From contig SVGC01000005.1 in the NCBI GenBank assembly GCA_015056495.1, positions 74,982 to 138,981 of the forward strand: 64,000 nucleotides of DNA, in the 5' to 3' direction. Below, piece by piece: positions 55,746-64,000 of the stretch. The notes beneath the pieces were generated by a model. It was not told where the DNA came from. It did not search any database and saw only the letters and a list, made by a program, of their open reading frames with translations. The translations under genes and the position numbers were made by a program. Numbering within the stretch: the stretch's first letter is position 1; each line of letters starts with the position of its first letter. Source of the DNA: Butyrivibrio sp. (GTDB taxonomy: Bacteria > Bacillota > Clostridia > Lachnospirales > Lachnospiraceae).

Positions 55746-56159
55746 TTATTCCTCCACTAACCATCTTCCGTCTTCAAGAACCAGTGAGAGTGACTCACTT
55801 TCCATTCCTTCTGTTTCAAAATAAAGAGTACAATATACAGTAGCTCTTTGTTCATCTTCTGAAATAACAGCATCTGAAATGTATAGTTCTACATCAGAAA
55901 CAGATACTCCAAGTCCGGTTAAAAGAGAATACTCAAGCTGAGCTTCTTCTACATACTCATCAACTGTCATATTATTCTTGGCAGTTGACAAGGCATAAGC
56001 CTTCTTATAGTTACCTTTAAGGAAACTATTCATATAATTCCTGGCAACTTTTTCTGGTGTGCTATAGCTATTCTGTGAAGTCAGAACTGCAACTACGATC
56101 ATGACTATCACAAATACTATAGACAAGATGTTTTTAATACTTTTAAAAAACCCTTTCAT
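55746..56159 (-). CDS. Hypothetical membrane-anchored protein
   Basis: The ATG at 56159 follows GGGAGG. It has an N-terminal TM and is 137 aa. Confidence 0.55.
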   Translation of the reverse strand: MKGFFKSIKNILSIVFVIVMIVVAVLTSQNSYSTPEKVARNYMNSFLKGNYKKAYALSTAKNNMTVDEYVEEAQLEYSLLTGLGVSVSDVELYISDAVISEDEQRATVYCTLYFETEGMESESLSLVLEDGRWLVEE

Positions 56160-56265
56160 TACTACCTCCCTATTTGTAATAAAAATCAACTAAAACAGTA
56201 TATCATAATACTCAATTTTGATATTTAAAAATTTTTAAAAATTCAAATTTTATATTTTTTTGCTC

Positions 56266-56294
56266 TTGATAAATTGTATGCAATATATTATAAT
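56266..56294 (+). promoter_or_regulatory. Sigma-A promoter of the SDR gene
   Basis: TTGATA, 17 nt, TATAAT. Confidence 0.6.
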
Positions 56295-56390
56295 TCACTC
56301 AATCAGTTAGCACATGCTTACTGTTTTTACAGATAACTACTGTATTTTCTTGAATTATATAAGCTCAAATTGAAAGGAGACACAGGAATT

Positions 56391-57164
56391 ATGAAAAATT
56401 ATTTTGATCTATCAGGTAAGGTTGCATTGGTAACAGGTTGTTCAACAGGACTTGGCGTACAGATGGCAAAAGCACTTGCCAATCAAGGAGCAGCTATTAT
56501 TGCAGTAGCAAGAAGACAGGAACTTATTGATAAAGTAGCTGAAGAAATCCACAATGAGTTTGATGTAGATACACTGGCTATAAAATGTGATATCACAGAT
56601 ACAGCACAGGTTGAAAAAGCAGTTGCTACAGCACTTGACCATTTTGGCAGGATCGACATACTCATCAATAACGCTGGAACAGGTGCAGTAGCCCCTGCTG
56701 AAGATATTACAGATGAGCAGTTTAGCAACGAACTTAATATTGATCTGTTTGGAACATTTAAGATGGCCAGAGAAGTAGCTAAGAAGGCTATGATCCCTGC
56801 CGGCACAGGACGTATCATCAATATCGCTTCAATGTACGGCCTTGTTGGTAACAAGCAGGCTCCAGCATCTCCATATCACGCAGCAAAAGGCGGAGTTGTA
56901 AACCTTACAAGAGCTCTTGCATGCGAATGGGGTAAGCACGGCATCACTGTTAATGCGATCTGCCCTGGATATTTCTACACACCACTTACTAAGGACACTC
57001 TTGATACAGAAGAATTTCAGGCTTACGCTAAGAGTGCAATCCCTATGGAGCGTTATGGCGTCGAGGGTGAGCTTGATTCAGCAGCTATCTTCCTTGCTTC
57101 TGATGCATCAAGCTATGTAACCGGCATAATGGTTCCGGTTGATGGCGGATATACTTCAATGTAA
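56391..57164 (+). CDS. SDR-family oxidoreductase (gluconate-5-dehydrogenase/KduD-like)
   Basis: TGCSTGLG cofactor motif, NNAG, and the YxxxK catalytic motif (YHAAK) are present. AAGGAG precedes the ATG at 56391. Confidence 0.8.
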   Translation: MKNYFDLSGKVALVTGCSTGLGVQMAKALANQGAAIIAVARRQELIDKVAEEIHNEFDVDTLAIKCDITDTAQVEKAVATALDHFGRIDILINNAGTGAVAPAEDITDEQFSNELNIDLFGTFKMAREVAKKAMIPAGTGRIINIASMYGLVGNKQAPASPYHAAKGGVVNLTRALACEWGKHGITVNAICPGYFYTPLTKDTLDTEEFQAYAKSAIPMERYGVEGELDSAAIFLASDASSYVTGIMVPVDGGYTSM

Positions 57165-57203
57165 TCAGAACCATAATTAAATATCTTTCTTCTCTATATT
57201 ATA

Positions 57204-57244
57204 AAAGCCACCATCCGGTTGTGTACTGCAACGGATAGTGGCTT
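57204..57244. terminator. Imperfect bidirectional hairpin terminator
   Basis: AAAGCCACCATCCGGTTG / GCAACGGATAGTGGCTTT lies between convergent genes. Confidence 0.5.
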
Positions 57245-57283
57245 TATGTGTATGATCACTTTGCCACTTCGTGTCAAAGTGAC

Positions 57284-57772
57284 TCATACTCTTTTATATT
57301 CTCTAAAAGAATAGGTTGTATCGAAATAAACCTGTTCCTCACTCTCAGATACAAGCTCCCATTCAGGAGATTCATCCAGATTTGGGAAAAATGCATCTGC
57401 AACATATTCTCTATCAAGATATGTTACGATAGCTGTATCGCACAGATCGAGGAACTGCTCATAAACACTTGCTCCACCTATGAGATATACATCATCAGGA
57501 TCATATCCTTCAATTGCCTTGAGAAGCTCTTCTCTGTCATGTACGACTACAGCGTTTCGCACATTGTAGTCTTTTTTTCTTGATAAGATAATATTGGTCC
57601 TGCTATCAAGTGGAATGCTCTGTGGGAATGTCTCTAATGTCTTTCTACCATATATAACTACTTTACCAAGTGTTTCCTTACGGAAATTCTTATGGTCTGC
57701 CGGAATGCTTATAAGAAGCTGTCCTTTATTACCGATTGCCCAGTTTGAATCTACAGCAACAATTACTTTCAT
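57284..57772 (-). CDS. folA: Dihydrofolate reductase
   Basis: The N-terminus reads MKVIVAVDSNWAIGNKGQLL and GRKT is present. It lies downstream of thyA. Confidence 0.9.
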   Translation of the reverse strand: MKVIVAVDSNWAIGNKGQLLISIPADHKNFRKETLGKVVIYGRKTLETFPQSIPLDSRTNIILSRKKDYNVRNAVVVHDREELLKAIEGYDPDDVYLIGGASVYEQFLDLCDTAIVTYLDREYVADAFFPNLDESPEWELVSESEEQVYFDTTYSFREYKRV

Positions 57773-57809
57773 CTTTGTCTCCTCGCTCTGCAAGTATTTT
57801 AATATATGA

Positions 57810-58661
57810 TCAGATAGCTATTGGAATATCCTTGATCTGCTCTCCGGCTACTTCATAGCCTTCCAGACTTACGTCATTTCTGTCAAATTCATAGAAATCT
57901 TTTTTTTCAGGATTAAGAATAAACTTAGGTGCATCCTTTGGGGTACGCTTGATGAGCTCTTTGATGATCGGAACATGTCTGTCATAAATATGAGCATCTG
58001 CGATCACATGTACCAGTTCACCAACATTCATATCACAGGTTCTTGCCAGCATATGTACTAAAACTGCGTACTGAACAACATTCCAGTTATTGGCTGCAAG
58101 CACATCCTGAGAACGCTGGTTAAGGATAGCGTTAAGTGTGAGCTTATCTTCTCCTTTTTTCTGTGTAACATTGAAAGTCATACTATATGCACATGGATAC
58201 AGGTTCATCTCGTGAAGATCCTGATGTACATATATATTAGTCATGATCCTTCTACTAAATGGATTATTCTTAAGATCATAGATCACACGATCCACCTGAT
58301 CGAACATGCCCTCTTTATACTGATGCTTAACGCCCAGCTGATATCCGTAGGCTTTACCGATGGATCCTTCCTCGTCAGCCCATTCATCCCAGATGTGGCT
58401 GTGAAGATCATGAATATTGTTGGATTTCTGCTGCCATATCCACAGCATCTCATCTGTAGCACTCTTCAATGCAGTCTTACGAAGAGTCATGATCGGAAAC
58501 TCTTTTGAAAGATCATAACGATTTACTACACCAAATTTTTTGATAGTATATGCAGGAGTACCATCTTCCCAATGCGGGCGTACCTTTTCACCCTCTGTAG
58601 AAGTGCCGTTCTCCAATATATCTTTGCACATATTTATAAATATTTCGTCTGCTTTACTCAT
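57810..58661 (-). CDS. thyA: Thymidylate synthase
   Basis: ThyA blocks are present (LWIWQQKSNN, the catalytic-Cys region LYPCAYS, QRSQDV). The ATG at 58661 follows AGGGGAG. Confidence 0.9.
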   Translation of the reverse strand: MSKADEIFINMCKDILENGTSTEGEKVRPHWEDGTPAYTIKKFGVVNRYDLSKEFPIMTLRKTALKSATDEMLWIWQQKSNNIHDLHSHIWDEWADEEGSIGKAYGYQLGVKHQYKEGMFDQVDRVIYDLKNNPFSRRIMTNIYVHQDLHEMNLYPCAYSMTFNVTQKKGEDKLTLNAILNQRSQDVLAANNWNVVQYAVLVHMLARTCDMNVGELVHVIADAHIYDRHVPIIKELIKRTPKDAPKFILNPEKKDFYEFDRNDVSLEGYEVAGEQIKDIPIAI

Positions 58662-58720
58662 GCTCTCCCCTTTCAAAATCTATTTGACCTAAATAATATA
58701 ATATCATTATAATTGTCATC

Positions 58721-59551
58721 ATGGAAAAAGAAATTAAGAGATACCCATTTCAAATTATAAGTTCAGACATTTTAAAGATCGTAGCCATAGTTTCAATGCT
58801 CATAGATCATGTAGCTGCTGGATTGATCCCTTTTCAGTATGCCACAAAAGTCTATCCATTTGGGCTTGATATAGACGGCATTACCATGCTTTATAATGTC
58901 ATGAGAAATATTGGAAGATTAGCCTTTCCTATCTTCTGCTTTCTTCTGGTAGAAGGTTTTATGTACACCAGAAGCAGATCTAAATACCTTAGGAATCTGT
59001 TGCTCTTTGCTATTATTTCTGAGATTCCATTTGACTTATGTTTAGTTGACTCATACAATGTCAGCTTTTTGACGTTATCTGATATACCAGGCAAAATGCA
59101 GGACTTTATGGCAGACCAGAATGTTTATTTTACCTTGGCTATTGGTCTGATCGCCATATGGGTAATGGACAGCTTCTGGGAAAAAGTGGTTCCGGGCTAT
59201 GACGTTGTATTATATGGAAAGCTCCGCAATATTGCCGTGATCACATCAGTTATTACAATCTGTGCAGCCTGTGCTGTTGCCATTTTACTTGGAACAGATT
59301 ATAGCTTTCACGGAGTGCTCCTGATATCCATATTCTATTTATTCAGGAGATTTCCTATTTTGCCAGAGGCCGCAGGTTATATAGAAATGATGGGACTCAA
59401 CCGTGAACAGTGGGCTCTTCCTTCATATATCTTAATGATCCTGTACAATGGCAAAAGAAGTATGACTATGAAAAGATTAAAATACTTCTTCTACGCCTTT
59501 TATCCTGTACATATACTGATCATTTATATTATCAGATGCATTATTTATTGA
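58721..59551 (+). CDS. TraX-family membrane protein
   Basis: The signature LKIVAIVSMLIDHV is present in a polytopic protein of 276 aa. Confidence 0.6.
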   Translation: MEKEIKRYPFQIISSDILKIVAIVSMLIDHVAAGLIPFQYATKVYPFGLDIDGITMLYNVMRNIGRLAFPIFCFLLVEGFMYTRSRSKYLRNLLLFAIISEIPFDLCLVDSYNVSFLTLSDIPGKMQDFMADQNVYFTLAIGLIAIWVMDSFWEKVVPGYDVVLYGKLRNIAVITSVITICAACAVAILLGTDYSFHGVLLISIFYLFRRFPILPEAAGYIEMMGLNREQWALPSYILMILYNGKRSMTMKRLKYFFYAFYPVHILIIYIIRCIIY

Positions 59552-59696
59552 TTTTCATTTTCTCCTGTATAGATTTGCATATTCCTAAATATTCAAAAAA
59601 GTGACTTTCATGTTTAAAAAAGTGTTTTAAAAGTGAAAATTTTGTGATAGAATTGTGAAAGTTTGATAAAGTTGTATTTTTTTAGGGATTTTTCTT

Positions 59697-60305
59697 ATGT
59701 TTAAAAAGGGAATAAAAATAAAGTATTTTTCTATCATTTTAGGAACTGTAGTCGCAGTTGCCTTTGCAATCTGTGGAATGCTTACATCTACTTGTTCTTA
59801 TGCTGATAGTAACGATGACTCTATTGTTATCAGAAACATCAATACTTCTGATGATAGTAGTATGAAGGAAAGTGAGAAGTCAGAAAGTGGCTCTTCTGCT
59901 TCTAAAGGCAAGTCAGACAGGATAAAACCGTCATCAAAATCAAATAACGTATCCATCAGACTTATGGATGAAGATATTTCTATCAATGATTATCAGCTTG
60001 CCGGACATCTTATAAAATATAATAGTAAATTATATCCTGATACTTACAGACTGATATTTGATTATAATCAGATCATACCTGGAAGTGCTGAGGTAACAAT
60101 TGACCTCGGCTCATTCAAGCAGGATCAGATCTCAGATCACTACTACATCTTCACTATGGATGATCAGGACAATTTTACTTACTATTGTGAAACTGACATG
60201 TCTGAGGATGGTACGATCAGCTTCAAGGCATCTGTTTTGCAGGATTATTATATTTCCTATATTGATCTTGAAAGCGCCCAAAAGCTATTATCTTCAATTA
60301 AATAA
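59697..60305 (+). CDS. Hypothetical secreted protein
   Basis: Signal peptide followed by a Ser/Asp/Lys-rich linker. No family was recognised. Confidence 0.5.
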   Translation: MFKKGIKIKYFSIILGTVVAVAFAICGMLTSTCSYADSNDDSIVIRNINTSDDSSMKESEKSESGSSASKGKSDRIKPSSKSNNVSIRLMDEDISINDYQLAGHLIKYNSKLYPDTYRLIFDYNQIIPGSAEVTIDLGSFKQDQISDHYYIFTMDDQDNFTYYCETDMSEDGTISFKASVLQDYYISYIDLESAQKLLSSIK

Positions 60306-60331
60306 ACCCAGACATATAGAAATGCAAGAAA

Positions 60332-60373
60332 AAAGGATATGACATCTTAAATACACAAGATGTTATATCCTTT
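60332..60373. terminator. Bidirectional hairpin terminator
   Basis: AAAGGATATGACATCTT / AAGATGTTATATCCTTT lies between convergent genes. Confidence 0.7.
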
Positions 60374-60414
60374 CTTATTACCCTATTTTCATCAAAAGCT
60401 CAAATAGCTCTAAA

Positions 60415-61860
60415 TCACTTTTTCCATGTTCTTACTGATAACAGAATAAGCATTGGTAACAGCTCAAGTCTTCCTGCCAGCATATCAAACATCATTACTA
60501 TCTTGGAAAAGGCAGAGAACTGAGAGAAATTACCAGTTGTACCAACCATTCCAAGGCCTGGACCTACGTTGTTAAGTGTTGCTGCAACAGCTGTTACATT
60601 GGTTTCAAAACTGAAGCCATCCAAAGATATCAGTAATACTGAAACCAGCATGATCAGTATGTATATACCAAGATAATTAAATACTGATTTAACTGTTGTA
60701 CTTTCAACTGAATGTCCATCCATATATACTCTTTTAACTGACTTTGGATGGATAACAAATGACAACTCATTTTTTACTGTCCTACATACAATGAGGATTC
60801 TGGAGAACTTGAAACCACCACCGGTGGAACCTGCGCAGGCACCTAAAAGTGTAAGTATAAACAGTAGTGTTCGTGAAAACTCCGGCCATACATTAAAATC
60901 CAAAGTACCAAAACCGGTAGTTGTCATGATTGAAGATACTGTAAACAGTGCATGATGGAATGCCAAAAATGGTGTGCTTGTAATTCCTGCTCTGTAAATA
61001 TTTATAGCTATAAGAGATGCGGAAATAAGCATTACTCCGAAATACCATCTCATCTCGTCGCATCTGACAGCTTCTTTGGGCCTCCTGGTCAGGAGGAAAT
61101 AATATACACTGAAATTCACACCGCATAGAGCCATAAAGATTATTATGATCACCTGCGATGCTATTTTGTATCCACCGATACCTGCGTTAGTAATAGCAAA
61201 TCCTCCGGTACCAACTGTGGAAAAAGTAAGTGTCAAAGCTTCATACAGGTTCATCCCGGAAATCATGAGCAGGATTGCTTCTACAAGAGTAAATCCAAAA
61301 TAGATTCCATATAGGATCTTAGCTGTATCTTTTACCTTAGGAACAAACTTACCAACAACAGGACCCGGAGACTCAGCTCTCATAAGGTGCATGCTGTAGC
61401 CGTCTGCCATAGGAACAACAGCTATCATGAATACCAGAACTCCCATTCCGCCGATCCAGTGTGAAAAGGTACGCCAGAATTGAACGGATTTCTCCATTCC
61501 ATCAACACCGGTCAGGATACTTGCTCCGGTTGTTGTAAAACCTGAAATTGTCTCAAACAGTGCGTCTACATAGTTCGGTATTGTGCCTGTAAGCACAAAT
61601 GGAAATGCACCTATCACTGATAAAAGTATCCAGGAAAGTGAAGTAACAACAAAACCTTCTTTTGCATAAAAAACCATCTTTTCAGGTCTCTTGCGGCTTC
61701 CAAGGCTTCCAACAACTACACAGCCAAGGATAAGTCCAAGAAAAACGCTGAAACTGTCTGTTTCACCATAAATTACTGCAACAATAGCAGGAAGGATCAT
61801 AAGGATTCCTTCCAATGTGATTACTTTAAATAAAATATATCTGATTGCCTTGTGATTCAT
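60415..61860 (-). CDS. trkH: TrkH/KtrB-family potassium transporter membrane subunit
   Basis: 481-aa polytopic protein with repeated selectivity-filter-like GFTTTG / TTTGFG motifs. Confidence 0.85.
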   Translation of the reverse strand: MNHKAIRYILFKVITLEGILMILPAIVAVIYGETDSFSVFLGLILGCVVVGSLGSRKRPEKMVFYAKEGFVVTSLSWILLSVIGAFPFVLTGTIPNYVDALFETISGFTTTGASILTGVDGMEKSVQFWRTFSHWIGGMGVLVFMIAVVPMADGYSMHLMRAESPGPVVGKFVPKVKDTAKILYGIYFGFTLVEAILLMISGMNLYEALTLTFSTVGTGGFAITNAGIGGYKIASQVIIIIFMALCGVNFSVYYFLLTRRPKEAVRCDEMRWYFGVMLISASLIAINIYRAGITSTPFLAFHHALFTVSSIMTTTGFGTLDFNVWPEFSRTLLFILTLLGACAGSTGGGFKFSRILIVCRTVKNELSFVIHPKSVKRVYMDGHSVESTTVKSVFNYLGIYILIMLVSVLLISLDGFSFETNVTAVAATLNNVGPGLGMVGTTGNFSQFSAFSKIVMMFDMLAGRLELLPMLILLSVRTWKK

Positions 61861-61875
61861 TACTCTTCTCCGCTA

Positions 61876-63234
61876 TTACTCCAGTATATCCTTGATATCT
61901 CTAAAGCCTGTATTGGTTGTAACCACAATAACAGTATCTCCAGGAGAGATTATACTTGTACCGCTTGGTGTGATGATATCACCCTTGTGGTTGATACATG
62001 CGATCAGGATACCTTTCTTTAGCTTAAGATCTTTCAATGGCTTATTTATAACAGGTGCATTGGCTGTAACTAAGAATTCAAGGACTTCTACTTTACCTCC
62101 GTTGATCCTGTAAAGAGCCTCGATATTGCTATCAAGAGAATTGGACATTCCTCTTACGTACTGAACGATTCGCTCGGCAGTAATGTTTTTAGGATATATA
62201 ACTGTTCCGATGTCCATGGCACCAATGATCTCATTGTAATTAACTCTGTGGACCTTGGTGATAAGTCTTGCCTTTGGCGCAATATTATGAACATAAAGAG
62301 AAAGCATGATGTTCTCTTCATCAATATTTGTAAGGGCTACGAAAGACTCTACTTCTGAGATGCCTTCCTCAAGGAGCTGATCTCTGTCAGTAGCATCTGC
62401 ATTGATAACAAGTGCTTCAGGCAAAAGCTCTGTAAGTTCCTTGGCTCTGTCTCTGTCTTTTTCAAATATCTTAACTGCGATTCCTGCGGAAATAAGCTGT
62501 GAAGCCAGGTAATATCCTGTTTCTCCGCCGCCCACAATAACTGAAGAATGTACCCTTGCAGTAGGTATTCCCAGGCGCTTGAAAAAAGCTACAGTATTAC
62601 GGCTTGAGCCTATTATTGATATTTCATCTTTTGCTCTAAGGATAAAATTACCATCGGGGATAAATACACCGTTATCACGGGAAACTATTGAAATAAGCAC
62701 TTTTCCCTTAAGCTCAGCCTGAAGATTCTTAAGTGTCTTATCGCACAATTTGGAATTGGCATCTATTGTAGTACGTACAAGCTCTGCACGGCCTCTTGCA
62801 AGAGACTCGATCTTGGTTGCTGAAGGGAATTTAAGAAGCCTACTCATTTCAAGAGCAGCTGCTTCTTCCGGATTGACTATCATTGACAGTCCAAGTTCAT
62901 CTTTAATAAATTCAATTTCTTTTTTATAAATAGGATTACGAACTCTTGCTATGGTATGGCAACCACCTGCCTTCTTGGCAATAAGGCAGCACAAGAGATT
63001 CTGTTCATCCGAATCTGTCACGGCTATCATCAGGTTTGATGATTCAATTCCAGCATCCTTCATGATCTGAAAACTTGTTCCATTGCCTACGATACCCATT
63101 ACATCGTAGTTGTTTACTACTGTCTGAAGAACACTACTCTGTTCTTCAATAACTGTTATATTGTGGCCCTCTTCACTAAGCTGCTCGACAAGAGTCTGTC
63201 CGACATTGCCACATCCAACAATAATGATCTGCAT
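61876..63234 (-). CDS. trkA: Trk system potassium uptake protein TrkA (two RCK N/C modules)
   Basis: The N-terminus reads MQIIIVGCGNVG and a second GGGETG Rossmann motif is present. Length is about 452 aa. Confidence 0.85.
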   Translation of the reverse strand: MQIIIVGCGNVGQTLVEQLSEEGHNITVIEEQSSVLQTVVNNYDVMGIVGNGTSFQIMKDAGIESSNLMIAVTDSDEQNLLCCLIAKKAGGCHTIARVRNPIYKKEIEFIKDELGLSMIVNPEEAAALEMSRLLKFPSATKIESLARGRAELVRTTIDANSKLCDKTLKNLQAELKGKVLISIVSRDNGVFIPDGNFILRAKDEISIIGSSRNTVAFFKRLGIPTARVHSSVIVGGGETGYYLASQLISAGIAVKIFEKDRDRAKELTELLPEALVINADATDRDQLLEEGISEVESFVALTNIDEENIMLSLYVHNIAPKARLITKVHRVNYNEIIGAMDIGTVIYPKNITAERIVQYVRGMSNSLDSNIEALYRINGGKVEVLEFLVTANAPVINKPLKDLKLKKGILIACINHKGDIITPSGTSIISPGDTVIVVTTNTGFRDIKDILE

Positions 63235-63554
63235 AAAAAACCTCAAACACTTTTACTTTTTGTTAATAATTCTTTTAACTAGAATTAAGTCACCTTTGTT
63301 ATTATACTCCAAAAGTAAGATAAACAAAAATATAATAAAAGTTCATCTATTACTAGTGTTGCGGTTGTCAGTCTAGGCTAACAACTTGCCAAAAGTATAA
63401 TTTGTGAACATTCTGTGAAAACACCATGCCCCAAAGCCGCACTATTTATGGTTTTTTAAGATTTATTTATTATCTGTTCATTGTATTTATTAGCTTTGCA
63501 AATTACAATAAGTGGTATAGATGAGGGGAAACTGTTAGAGGAGTGTGATCTATT

Positions 63555-63965
63555 ATGAAAATGAGAAACTTTTTGACTCAATTTTTTGCCGGCAGATATG
63601 GTGCATACGGCGCCGATCAATTATCAAAATTTCTATTGGTGATAGTTGCAGTCTGCCTTGTTCTATCCTATGTAACACCTTTACATATGTTGTATTGGCT
63701 TGCTTTTGCAATACTTGGTGTTTCTTACTTCAGACTTTTTTCCAAGAATATCCCAAAAAGATATCATGAAAATGAAGCCTACATGAAATTGCAGAACAAA
63801 GTAACCGGATTTTTCAAAACAACAAAATACAATATTGAGCAGCGAAAGGTATACCACATTTACAAGTGTCCTTCATGTGCCCAGAAGATCCGCATTCCAC
63901 GCGGCAAAGGCAACATAATGGTGCGCTGTCCTAAATGTCATACTGAATTCAAAAAAAGGTCGTAA
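63555..63965 (+). CDS. Membrane protein with C-terminal zinc-ribbon (CPSC...CPKC)
   Basis: 136 aa with two TM segments, then CPSCAQKIRIPRGKGNIMVRCPKCH. Confidence 0.55.
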   Translation: MKMRNFLTQFFAGRYGAYGADQLSKFLLVIVAVCLVLSYVTPLHMLYWLAFAILGVSYFRLFSKNIPKRYHENEAYMKLQNKVTGFFKTTKYNIEQRKVYHIYKCPSCAQKIRIPRGKGNIMVRCPKCHTEFKKRS

Positions 63966-64000
63966 GTTGTTCTATGTTTGGATATATTGCTGTAAACAAG

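Noticed and set aside
63247-63500. A c-di-AMP (ydaO-type) or other riboswitch in the long leader of trkA.
   Set aside because: I read the minus-strand leader and found none of the conserved ydaO core sequences and no terminator/antiterminator alternative. It is only AT-rich spacer.

Overview
This window looks like a low-GC Firmicutes/Clostridia chromosome, probably Lachnospiraceae-like; that assignment is inferred from gene content and composition. It is dense with housekeeping genes, and about 90% of them are on the minus strand. No rRNA, CRISPR array, transposase, integrase or recognisable defence genes were found.

Recognisable blocks, left to right:
- A DUF1653 gene and an AT-rich acyltransferase-3 gene.
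- holA, xylB and comEC, then a GerMN lipoprotein, a two-component system and comEA.
- An orphan solute-binding protein.
- An arginine operon (argC, GNAT, argJ, argB, argD) divergent from argG.
- DUF1294, an orphan REC-LytTR regulator and a secreted GH53 galactanase with ricin-type repeats.
- degV, a stand-alone Hpt protein, and prfA-prmC-DUF1385 with rpmE.
- The sigH, rlmB, mrnC, cysS, cysE block, headed by a Cys T-box leader.
- ispF, followed by a GT2 / UDP-galactopyranose-mutase-like / GT-C membrane glycosyltransferase cluster.
- azlCD, alaX-like, carD and GNAT+DUF1846.
- tRNA-Met and a GGDEF(degenerate)-EAL protein.
- argS preceded by tRNA-Gly(CCC), then queH.
- A leuA gene fused to an AraC-type HTH.
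- A hypothetical envelope module, an SDR, folA-thyA, traX and trkHA.

The observations most worth follow-up:
1. An (ACAG)13 tetranucleotide tract lies inside the 5' coding end of the acyltransferase gene. It separates a good RBS+ATG from the conserved body by one frame, as expected for a slipped-strand phase switch in the OFF state.
2. Directly upstream of that gene is a strictly 53-bp-phased tandem array.
3. The 2-isopropylmalate synthase carries a C-terminal AraC DNA-binding domain.
4. Two 137-bp, multi-hairpin, GC-rich repeats (135/137 identical) sit in inverted orientation around argS, tRNA-Gly and queH.
5. Two further families of long GGGGACG-core palindromes occur in the window. One copy supplies the last codons and the stop codon of a gene.

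All calls come from reading the sequence and recalling family motifs. No database search was run.
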